Of a stretch of DNA of 64,000 nucleotides, positions 38,690 through 49,757 are shown one piece after another. The notes beneath the pieces were generated by a model. The model made no database searches. It saw only the letters and a list, made by a program, of their open reading frames with translations, and was not told the origin of the DNA. The stretch covers positions 87,803,012-87,867,011 of the forward strand of contig NC_057718.1 in the NCBI RefSeq assembly GCF_004010195.1, in the 5' to 3' direction. The DNA is from Chiloscyllium plagiosum. Taxonomy: Eukaryota. The number at the start of each line of letters is the position of its first letter. Positions within the stretch are counted from its first letter, which is position 1. A program made the position numbers and the translations under genes.

Positions 38690-40525
38690 TAATTCTATTC
38701 TACTTTAATATGAAGTAGCAAAAAGTTGGGGAAATAGAATTATAATATGGGAAAATGCAAATTTGTTTATTTGAAAAGGGGAACAAAAGAACAGAATATT
38801 ATTTAAATGGAGAAAAACTGCAGAAAGCTGCAACATAAAGGGACTTGGAGGTACCTCTGCGCAGAACACAAAGGTAGCACAGAAGTGTAGCAGGTAATCT
38901 GAAAGGCTAATGGAATGTTGGCCCTTATTTCAAGTGATTTAAAATATGAGTAGAAAAGTCTTACTGCAACTGTACAAGGTGCTGATTAGACCAGATCTGG
39001 AGTACTGTGAGCCGCTCTGATCCCCTCATTGGAGGAAAGATATCATTTTATTGGAGGCAGTTCAGAGAAGGTTTACTACGCTGATCCTTACTATGGAGCA
39101 AGTGAGGACTGCAGATGCTGGAGGTCAGAGTCGAGAAGTGTGGCGCTGGAAAAGCACAGCAGGTCAGGCAGCATCCAAGGAGCAGGAGAATCAATGTTAC
39201 AGGCATAAGCCCTTCATCAGGAATGAGAGAATGGGTGGGAGGGGATTGTGGGCGGGAAGGAAGCTGAGAGATAAATAGGATGGTGGGGTTGGGGCTGGGG
39301 AAGGTCGCTGGGATGGCAATAAGTAGGTGGAGGTGGGGGGTGATGGTGATAGGGTGGAGCAGCTAGGTAGGAAGGAAGATAGACAGATAGGACAGTTCAA
39401 GAGGGCAATGCTGAGGTGGAGGGAGGGGAGATGAGGAAACTGGTGAAATCAACATTAATGCCGTGAGGTTGGAGGGTCCCTAGGCGGAAGATGAGGCATT
39501 CTTCCTCCAGGTATCGAGTGGCTAGGATTTGGTGGTGGAGGAGGCCCAGGACTTGCATGCCCTTGGCGAAGTGGGAGGGTGAGTTGAAGTGGTTGGCCAC
39601 AGGATGATGGGGTTGTTTGGTGCATGTGTCCCAGAGATCTTCCCTCAAATGTTCTGCGAGTTGACGTCCTGGCTCCCCAATGTAGAGGAGACCACATCGA
39701 TAGTAATGGACACCATAGATAAGGTGTTTCGATGTGCAGGAAAATCTCTGCCGGATGTGGAACCAAATGACATCAATATCGATTTCACTAGTTTCCTCAT
39801 CTCCCCTCCCCCCACGTCATTCTGGATCCAACTCTGCACCACCCTCTTGAACTGTTCATCTTCCTTCCTACCTATCCACTTCACCCTCTCCTACAATCTA
39901 TCACCGTCACCTTTCCCCACCTCCACCCTCCTATTTATCTCTTGGCTCCCCCGTCACCATCCCTGATGAAAGGCTTATGCCCAAAACCCCAATTCTCCTG
40001 CTCCTCGGATGTGGCCTGATCTGCTGTGCTTTTCCAGTGCCACACTTTTCGACGCTGATCCTTGCTATGGAGGGATTGTCTTATGAGGAAAGACTAAACA
40101 GGTTGAGACTCTACTCACTGGAGTTTCGAAGAATGAGGGGTGATCTCATTAAGAGATATAGAATTCTTAAAGGGCTTGACAGGGTAAATGCTGAGAGGAT
40201 GGTTCTCCTCACAGTAAAGTCTATGAACAAAGGGCATGGTCCTCATAATAAACAGACACAAATTTAGGCTGAGATGAGGAGGAATTTCTTCTCTAAAAGT
40301 GCAATGAGTCTTTGCAATTCTGCCACAGAAAGCTGTGGGGAACAGATTCTTTGTGTATATTTAAGGCTGAGAGAGATTCTTGATCAGTAGGGGAATCAAG
40401 AGTTATGGGGAAAGGGCAGGAGAGTGGGTTTGAGGAATGTTGGACAGTGATGATTCTATTGAACAGCAGAGCAGGCTCGAGCAGCCAAACAGCCTGCTCC
40501 TGTTCCAATTTCTTGTGGTCTTACT
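38690..40525 (+). mobile_element. CR1 LINE 3' part split by a Penelope-like insertion
   Basis: LEAVQRRFTTLI before and LSYEERLNRLRLYSLEFRRMRGDLI after the insertion; CR1-type tail near 40480-40520. Confidence 0.82.
39099..40051. mobile_element. Inverted Penelope-like insertion (long minus arm, short plus arm)
   Basis: 21-bp flanking repeat ACGCTGATCCTT(A/G)CTATGGAG at 39078-39098 and 40052-40072; minus-strand VANHFNSPSH...LEEECLIFRLGTLQPHGINVDF; orientation switch near 39765. Confidence 0.85.
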
Positions 40526-40578
40526 AAGTGGCTGCATTAATTTGTTTCCTAATTTTCTGTTGCTGTTTTGTTTTCTAG

Positions 40579-42175
40579 AACGGTAACAATTTGGATGCTT
40601 GCTGTAAGTTCTTATCTCAAGAAAGCACCAAATATCTTTATGGAGAAGGGGACCTGAATTTTTTGGATGAGTCCAGCATTTCTGGGATTCACAATCACAT
40701 GTCTGAACTAAATCTAGATGTCCAGTCCCAGAATGTGTATCAGCATTGGAAGGAAAGGAGTCAATTGAATGGAAACAGAACTGTGCCTCATGGTGTCAGT
40801 GATGGAGCGCTTCCAACTGCTCTAACTAGCTATGAGCCTACACAGCAACCACAGGTAACGCCAACACAGTTGGCTGCAGGCTTGAATATGTTTGGAACTA
40901 TGGACATGAGTCGCAGCCCTTCTTCAACGCAGCAACTTGGACTTCTTCAGCCATTGGGCTCCAAGGGAATATCGAGTACAGCCCAACAAATGCCCAGGTT
41001 CAACCCAATTACTGTCACTCTAGCTCCCAACCTTCAGACTGGCCATAACACTCCTACATCTTTGCACATACGAGGTGTGCCTCCACCTGTACTTAATAGC
41101 CCCCAAGGTAATTCTATCTACATTAGGCCTTACGTGACAACACAAAGCAGTTCAAACCGCCAGATGTCACAGCAGCCTGGCTGGATAGCTGGGCAAAATA
41201 CCAGCACTCCTCAGTACAGTCATAATCAACAACAGCAGCTTTTCCAAGCCCCACAGTACTCACAACCGCAGCAGATGGAACAAGTGGCAGGCTTCTGTGC
41301 TCCTGTTACTTCACAATGTGGTTCAGCATATACCTCATCCCAACAGTCTGTGTACCCAGGCCAACAAAACCACCAGACGTCTCATGTGTACATGCCTATC
41401 AGCTCCCCCACAACGTCTCAAGTTCCTCCTTATCAGTCCTCAAATAATGCACATCCTTCAATTTACAGTCAATATAACATTCAGAACATCTCAACAGGGT
41501 CACGGAAAAACCAAATTGAGATCAAACTTGAATCACCACAGAGGAGTAATGCAACAATGCTGCGTCCCTCCAACTCTCGCACAGCCCCTTCACCTTCCAT
41601 TAGCAGCCAGTCGGGAGGCAGGAGTCAACCCACAGTTTACATTTCCGCAAGCCCCCCATCATGTGAGGAGATAGTTGGACGCAACCAGCCGAAGCTCTAT
41701 ATCTCGGCAAATTCTACATCCGGTGATGAGCCGGGTCTGCGAAATCAGCCCACTGTGTATATATCAGCAAACCCAGGTTCAGCATCTTCCTCCCGAAGTG
41801 CTGCAGGACAAATTAGCATGGGTCCACAGCAGGGTGCTTTCATTCAACCCGCCTACATCCGTCATCACCCACCCAAGAGTCGGAGTGCAGGCAATTGCAA
41901 CACTGCCACTTCTCCGAGAGTGGTGGTCACCCAACCCAATACCAAGTACACTTTTAAGATTACAGTTTCACCAAATAAGCCACCTGCCATTTCCCCTGGG
42001 GTTGCATCACCAACATTTGAACCTTCTAATCTCTTAAGCCTACCCGATCATTATGTGGAGCCTGAACCTGTCCAGCATTTGCAACTAGCAACTGATCCTG
42101 CTTCAACTCGTGACAATCGAATCAGTGAGATGCGAAGGATGAGTGCAGGATCTGATGATGCTGCCTATACAGAAG
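40579..42175 (+). CDS. TAB2: TAB2 coding exon 2 (end of CUE domain; long S/P/Q-rich region)
   Basis: Acceptor [20 protein letters not shown]...[63 protein letters not shown] are TAB2 signatures; donor GAAG|GTACT; 1597 nt, phase 1. Confidence 0.97.
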
Positions 42176-43378
42176 GTACTGAGAATTTTAGAAGTTTGTC
42201 TTTTTCAAGTTTTAATTCTTCTTTCAGCCAGTGTCTATCACAATGGGTTTCTTTTCAATAGGTTAAAACTGAAAGGCAATAGATTGCATGCTGATGCTAT
42301 TGTATTCCTTGCAAGGGGCAATAGATTTCTGCAAGGACTTGATGAATGGAAAATTGTCCTGTACCTTTGGAGTATGGTAAAATCTGCTTGGAAAGAGCAA
42401 TAACTTTGGTCTTTTTGGGTGAAAATGTTGATGAGTACCTCCTCACGACTTTATATAGTTTTTTTTGCCATACTGTCTTGCCTTGCCAGCTGTACAGTGG
42501 GACAGCAAAGTTACTGAAATATACAGAGTATGAAAAGTACAAACTTAAAGCTAATTCAAGTTTTTTAAGAAAAATTGCTGTATTAAGTGTTTTATTTACG
42601 GTACAGTATTGAAGCTTGATGTGATGCTCTACTGTAATCCTGCTGTACACCAAGATTATATGGCTACTCCTATTCTGTTAATATTGCAGCATGCCTACTG
42701 AACATCTTCTGTCACCTAATTTTGCAGAAGTCCCTCCGTTCTCCATATTGTAATGGCATAATTATGCTTCTTCTCATAATATTTTGAGTACTGAAATCCC
42801 TGCACTGCATATTCTATCACTGCTACAGATTGGCTTTAGGATTGATTGGTTAATATGTGTAGATAATAGTTCAAACTTCAGAGTTTAGGTTTAATGATTC
42901 AGAATGTGATATAGTTGCTGTAAAGATTGTGACTTAAAGTTGAATCGTACATAAAAGTAAGGCATTAATGTTAATCTAAATATACTAGAAAAGGCAAAGA
43001 GCAGAAGTAACTTGGCCCTGGCTCATTTGAATGAATTGACATGTAAAGTTGAAAATGGCAAAGGTTTGCTGCTACTATTAACATTTACATGATGTGCACA
43101 ACAACATTTTATACTTTTGAAATCATTTTTATTGTACCAGTTTGTCTTTAGCTACACTTTTTCTCCTCAAAATAATGGTAATTTGAAAGAAACTAATACC
43201 AAGTATTGGATGTACATTAAGATAAACCTATTGATTTGAAGTAATTAAAAACCAAGAAAAGTCTGACCAAATAAAAAGGATTTTTAAAAATTTTGCGCTT
43301 GGTTCATTATGTTGTGCAGAATTATATTTTGTCCGCTACCCAGTGGTCTGTAAGTTGATTTGCTGATATGCTTTTCAG

Positions 43379-43539
43379 CTTTACTAGTGCATCAGAAGGC
43401 CAGAATGGATCGACTCCGTCGAGAACTTGAGCTGGAGAAAAGAAAGCTAGACAAACTGAAAAGTGAAGTTAATCAGATGGAAAGTGACCTTACCCAAAGA
43501 CGCATGAAACGATCAAATTCGGCCTCCCAAATCCCATCG
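43379..43539 (+). CDS. TAB2: TAB2 coding exon 3 (coiled coil)
   Basis: [28 protein letters not shown]...[11 protein letters not shown]; donor TCG|GTACG; 161 nt. Confidence 0.97.
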
Positions 43540-43977
43540 GTACGATTAACGATTCAATAATGCTTTCCAAATTTACTTGCCTTCGTTTAAATCTGAGCTG
43601 TTCACATTGGTTTATGTAATACAAAATAACATTTTAAATAATTTTGTTTTAAGTTCATGCTGTAAAGGTGTCACTTGTTCAATCTTACAGTTGTATTCGG
43701 TGCTGAAAATTCCTGAAAAATGGGGGACCATAATTTGGTAAACACAAATTTTAATTAAAGTTAGTAGGGACCTTAACTTAACAATCATTGGATTCCCTTG
43801 GTAAATGTTCAACTCAGCCATCAGTGGATAGTAAAATAGTGACATTTCAAACTTTGTTTCTGCCTTATAAAACTGCAAGTATGCAGTAATTTGAATTAAG
43901 TACCGTAAATGATCTAAGACATTAAAACTATAATCTGATATCATAGATATTTGTTGTCTTTGAAGTTGCTGAGATAA

Positions 43978-44106
<129 letters not shown>

Positions 44107-44504
44107 TAAATTGAAGCCATTAATCTGGTGTGCTAACCAGTTTTCTTTATAAATAGCTTAATTATATTTTTTCATAAATGTCCACTAGCCTGTAAGCAAC
44201 ATCTTGTTCTCGCCGTCTCCTGAAAGGCTCTGTTTGCTGGATGTTCAGGGACTGACTTTCCTCACATTTTTGTCTTTTTCTTTAATGTCCTTTTATTCAG
44301 ACTGTTGACTTCTCCTTTCAGTAAAGGATGAAGAGGGTGAGCTGCACAAGAGGCAAGAGGTAGAAGGATGTCATTTTCCCGAAGTGGTGGAGGGTGGACT
44401 TTTAAGGAAATCATGAGATTAGGAATCAGCCAGAAAAATGGAGTTGCATTTAAAGAATAGTAGAGCAGGTTGGAGAAGGAGGTGATGGTTTAATGCTGTT
44501 ATAG

Positions 44505-45053
44505 TGTGGTGTAAAATTATGTCCCAATACATGTGTGAATCATAATGTAACACATGTATTGGGCCAAGCAGTGGAATGTGGTGAAAGTGTTAAAATTGTG
44601 TCCCAATACATGTGTGAATCTAACCGGAATGGAGGTGTTGCTTAGTCCCGTGTGAATCTTATTACACACCTCCCCGTGTGAATCTTCTTATCTGTATGTA
44701 ACCAGAATGGAATGTGTTTTTTAGCCTTGCTCTGCTGTTCACATGAATGTTTATATCTGGAAAAGAGTATATCAGCTGGAAAAGTCTCCAGTTCGGTGAG
44801 TCTGCTCCGGGGTTACGTTTAACCGCCGAGCGTGGGTTGTTGGCAACTGCTCTACGAGAACTGACGGCTCCCAGTTCCGGTAACACGTAGAGTGAGTATA
44901 AACCAGACCCGTTGTAAGTACGAGTCCTGGTTGTGGCGACGCTGCGGGGAATAAAACACTTATATTCTAGCAGACTCGCCTCTTGGCTGTTTGTTCTGTG
45001 TCAGACTACTTTCCTGCGAGCCTGGTCCTTGACCTTGAGAATTTTTTAAAACA
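44505..45053 (+). mobile_element. Solo LTR (549 bp) of an LTR retroelement
   Basis: TGT...ACA termini with 5-bp TSD TATAG (44500-44504, 45054-45058); TATAAA at 44897, AATAAA at 44950; repeated U3-like motifs. Confidence 0.72.
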
Positions 45054-45574
45054 TATAGCAAGATTACTAATCCAGAAACCCAAGTTTCATGAGATTCCAG
45101 ACCAACAACATGGTTGAATCATAACTGCCTTCTGGGCAATTGGGGTTGACCTTGTCAGTGGCATCCATATCCCATGAATGATTTTCTTTTACAAAAATCA
45201 CTCCTTATCCTGTCTTGCTACCTTTCAGTGATTTATGCACCTCCAAGCTTGATTCCTGCACCCCTTTTATAATATCATTTATTTTGTTATTTTTCTGCAG
45301 TCTTTCTACCAAAATGAATCACTTCACATTTCTTTGCATTAGGTTTCATTAGCCACTTCTCTATCCATTCCACCAGCTTGTCAGAGCTTTTGAAGATCTC
45401 CCCAGGATTCACAAAAGTTCTGTATCATATGCCAAATTTGAAATTGTAGTCTGTACACTAAGGGCTAGATATATATTAGTATATATTAGGAAGAGTAGGA
45501 GTCCACCATCAATCCCTGGGGAACTCCACTATAATCCTTCCCCTCATCTGAAAAAAGCTGTTTATTCACTGTCA

Positions 45575-47120
45575 ACAGGGGTGGTACCAGGGGACTGGAG
45601 AGTGGTGAATGTTGTGCCCCTGTTCAAAAAAGGGAATAGGGATAACCCCGGGAATTACAGGCCAGTTAGTCTTACTTCAGTGGTAGGCAAAGTAATGGAA
45701 AGGGTACTGAGGGATAGGATTTATGAGTATCTGGAAAGACACTGCTTGATTAGGGACAGCCAACACTGATTTGTGAGGGGTAGGTCTTGCCTTACAAGTC
45801 TTATTGAATTCTTTGAGGAGGTGACCAAGCATGTGGATGAGGGTAGAGCAGTGGATGTAGTGTACATGGATTTTAGTAAGGCATTTGAAAAGTCAGGAGG
45901 CATGGGATAGTGGGAAATTTGGCCAGTTGGATAGAGAACTGGCTAACCGGTCGAAGTCAGAGAGTGGTGGTAGATGGTAAATATTCAGCCTGGAGCCCAG
46001 TTACAAGTGGAGTTCTGCAGGGATCAGTTCTGGGTCCTCTGCTATTTGTAATTTTTATTAATGACTTGGAAGAGGGAGTCGAAGGGTCGGTCAGTAAATT
46101 TTCAGACGATACGAAGATTGGTGGAGTTGTGGATAGTGAGGAGGGCTGTTGTTGGCTGCAAAGGGACTTAGATATGATGCAGAGCTGGGCTGAGGAGTGG
46201 CAGATGGAAGTAAATTTGCAGATGATATGAAGATTGGTGGAGTTGTGGATAGTGAGGAGGGCTGTTGTCGGCTTTAGATATGATGCAAAGCTGGGCTGAG
46301 GAGTGGCAGATGGAGTTCGACCCTGTCAAGTGTGAGGTTGTCCATTTTGGAAAAGCAACACATTTTCAGCTCTGATCTTCAGCATCTGCAGTCCTCACTT
46401 TCTCCATTTTGGAAGGACAATAAAGAATGCGGAATACAGGGTTAACGGTAGGGTTTTTAGTAAGGTGGAGGAGCAGAGGGATCTTGGGGTCTATGTTCAT
46501 AGCTCTTTGAAAGTTGCCACTCAGGTGGATAGAGCTTGTAAGAAGGCCGATAGTGTATTAGCGTTCATTAGCAGAGGGATTGAATTCAAGAGTCGTGAGA
46601 TGATGTTGCAGCTGTACAGGACCTTGGTAAGGCCACATTTGGAGTACTGTGTGCAGTTCTGGTCGCCTCACTTTAGGAAAGATGTGGAAGCTTTGGAGAG
46701 GGTGCAGAGGAGATTTACCAGGATGTTGCCTGGAATGGAGAATAGGTCATACGAGGATAGGTTGAGAGTGCTAGGCCTTTTCTCATTGGAACGGCGAAGG
46801 ATGAGGGGGATTTGATAGAGGTTTATAAGATGATCAGGGGAATAGATAGAGTAGACAGTCAGAGACTTTTTCAAGGGGACATAAATTTAAGGTGAAGGGT
46901 GGAAGGTATAGGGTGGATGTCAGGGGTAGGTTCTTTACCCAGAGAATGGTGGGGGCATGGAATGCACTGCCTATGGGAGTGGCAGAGTCAGAATCATTGG
47001 TGACCTTTAAGCGGCAATTGGATAGGTACATGGATAGGTGCTTAAGCTAGGACAAATGTTCGGCACAACATCATGGGCTGAAGGGCCTGTTCTGTGCTGT
47101 ATTGTTTTATGTTCTATGTT
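45575..47120 (+). mobile_element. 5'-truncated CR1 LINE with internal tandem duplication and a 50-bp Penelope-tail insertion
   Basis: [44 protein letters not shown]; tail TGTTCTATGTTC; flanked by older antisense CR1 sequence. Confidence 0.9.
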
Positions 47121-47727
47121 CTTTGCTTCTTTTGACAGCCAAGTTTATATCACTATTGTCACTTTGTTTTTATTCCAAGTACTTTATCTTTGTTCTCTTT
47201 GTTATTGTGCATTGTTGTTGGCAATCACTTGCTAATGAGTATGAATGTCCACTGAGGAAATTCTGTATCACTGATCATGGGTGCTGTGGTTCCTTGTGTG
47301 GCTGATGAGTTTGATTCTAGATCCATATCAGGTATTTGCAGGTGTTTCCTGGAAGTGAGATTGGAGGTTGCTGTTTCAAAGTAGCTGTTGTAAAATACCT
47401 TATCTGATGCTGTTTTGGAAGTCCTTGTAAAGTATTAACTACATTAACCTTGTCTGATACCGCAACCTGCATTTGCTCAAGTGAGTCTCAATTTATTTCC
47501 CAAATTATTTTTCCAGAAGCTTCCCTACCACTGAGGCTCAATTGACTGGCCTGTAGTTGATGGGCTTATCTTTACACTGTTATTCTCAATAGGTATAACA
47601 TTTGCAGTTCTCAAGATTGCTAGTACTACCCTGAAGGAAAATTACAAATTGCCTCCACAATTTCCACTTTCACTTTTTTCTCTTGAAGGCATTTCATTCA
47701 GTCCTTAAACCTTATTAACTTTAAGTA

Positions 47728-48458
47728 CAGGTAGTTCTTGAATAACGTGCATTCTGGCAGAGCAATTTGCTTATAACCTCGCTGAGGAACTAAGGAATGG
47801 TATTTTCAAGCAGTCTTACCTTTTGTTTGCAATCGCGATTCCAGCAGTGATTGTTTCCTGTATTTTGTTCTGTGCACGGGCTGATCTCCGCACATTTCTG
47901 CACATGCACTGATGTCAGCTGCCAACAGAGCAGCTTTCTGTGAGAGATGCTGTGCAGAGAGAGCTTTCTGAGAGAGATACATTGAGCAGCTTCCTATAAA
48001 AGGTACACAACTCCTAGATTACCCCTTTTTTTGAAAAAATGGAAGGGTCTAAGATAAGCATGTTACCAAGAAGCATCCTAGTGATAAAGTTGTGGGTGGT
48101 GAACACAAAAAGGTTATAACACTGGAAGAGAAGCTAGATATTATGAAGTGTTTTGAGTGTCAGGAGAGAATATGTGACATCAGAATGGGGGAGTAAACCT
48201 ATGTACCATGATGACCCTCTGTCCCTGCATTAACAATATTTTTTAAATGTACTATTAATTTTACTTTTGTTAAATATGATGTATACCTTCATTCAGGCTA
48301 CTATAGTTTGTTAGACATTTGGGTGATTTTTGAGCAATTGTAAGTGATATATTTTGCTGGTTTTCCCATAGCTTTTCCTACTTTTCCCATAGGCCTCAGT
48401 ATTTATATTAAGCGAGTTTTGCTGGAACGCAACTATGGCGTTATAGGAGAACTAGCTT
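47728..48458 (+). mobile_element. Internally deleted Tigger/pogo-like DNA transposon
   Basis: TA flanks; imperfect TIRs CAGGTAGTTCTTGAATAACG / CGTTATAGGAGAACTAGCTT (15/20); 48101-48184 reads EHKKVITLEEKLDIMKCFECQERICDIR, like a CENP-B/psq N-terminal HTH. Confidence 0.72.
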
Positions 48459-48834
48459 TAGAAGCAGTCTAATATCACCTCTGTATCAACTTCAAACCCT
48501 TCTTGTATCTGAACTAACTCCTCTTCTTTCAGTATGAGCTGAACAGTGTCTTCCTTAATTGAGAGAAATGCACAGTATTACTTTAATACCAAAATCGTGT
48601 CCCTGTCCCAGCGCACATCCCCTTTTCAGTCCCTAATTGGCCGCCCTCTTATTGCATTTGCACTGTATGTCTTTAGAACATTTTCAATTCTCTTTGTAAG
48701 CTACCAGTATAATTTCTTTCTTGGCCTGCTGTTTCTTGTATTATCCACCTGACATTATCTTAAGCACATTATTTTTGCTGTACCCCTCCCCTTAATGGGA
48801 ATATGCTTTGACTGTTTTCAACTGTACCTTTAAA

Positions 48835-49030
48835 GGCAGCCCATTGTTCAGTTAGTTTTTAAGCTGCTAAGTTTTTATTCCCAATTTGGGCGGCACGGTG
48901 GCCCAGTGCATGATACTTGGGTAATTGAATATGGCAGCCCATTGTTCAGTTAGTTTTTAAGCTGCTAAGTTTTTATTCCCAATTTATCTGAGCCAGATTC
49001 GTTCATCATGATACTTGGGTAATTGAATAT
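48835..49030. repeat. 98-bp tandem duplication with a swapped 21-nt centre
   Basis: 48835-48887 = 48933-48985 and 48909-48932 = 49007-49030; the intervening 21-mers are unrelated. Confidence 0.92.
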
Positions 49031-49097
49031 TTAATTCTGTTCCTAGATGTTCCAACTTGAAGCACTGTGTGATATAACCCATTATCTCTCTTCGCAG

Positions 49098-49178
49098 GAC
49101 CACACTTTAACCCCAGTGCTATCCACAACTTTTACGATAACATGGGATTTCGAGGTCCTGTGCCACCTAAACCGAAAG
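49098..49178 (+). CDS. TAB2: TAB2 coding exon 5
   Basis: [39 protein letters not shown]; donor AAAG|GTAGG; 81 nt. Confidence 0.97.
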
Positions 49179-49611
49179 GTAGGAGAGCCACTCTAAATGA
49201 ACTTAGTGGAACTTGCATTATGAAAGGACTTTGTCAACTATTCTCAAAATCACCCTTTTTGACTAAGCTTTTGGTCACCCTTAATCATTCTGTCATATTT
49301 GAGATTTTAAAAAAATGTTTGTTTCACAGGAAGGATAATTGAGACTTTCTTGTGTTGAATTTTTTAAGAAGTGCATTCAAACAAGTTTTTAGAAGAATGA
49401 CAGGGTGCTGACCACCAAAACCAGTAAAACCTGGAGATGAGCTAAGTCAAGTGGTGATTATAATTTGATTGGGTAGGGGAGGGATTGATATGATTAAATC
49501 ATTTTAAAATTCTCAACTAATTTTCTTGCATTAATCCATTAAATTAATCAAATTTGAGAAAGTTGGGGAACCATTATTTTCAACACCATTTAACATTTTT
49601 GTTTCCAACAG

Positions 49612-49757
49612 AGCAGAAACCTGCAGCTAAACCATCAAAACCAATAATTGATCCAGAGGAGGATGAAGGGGCTCAATGGAACTGTAGCACCTGTACCTTC
49701 CTGAACCATCCAGCCCTGATTCGCTGTGAACAGTGTGAGATGCCCAAGCATTTCTGA
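49612..49757 (+). CDS. TAB2: TAB2 last coding exon (NZF/RanBP2-type zinc finger, stop)
   Basis: [44 protein letters not shown]; total spliced CDS 2181 nt with consistent phases. Confidence 0.97.

Noticed and set aside
41297..42037. Two abutting +1-frame ORFs overlapping the TAB2 exon as a dual-coding region
   Set aside because: No ATG starts and no recognisable protein; S/P/Q-rich codons rarely create +1-frame stops, so long open stretches are expected by chance.
40591..42261. 556-aa ORF as a stand-alone gene
   Set aside because: It is TAB2 coding exon 2 (40579-42175) read on into the intron; the TTG start and final ~28 aa are not real.
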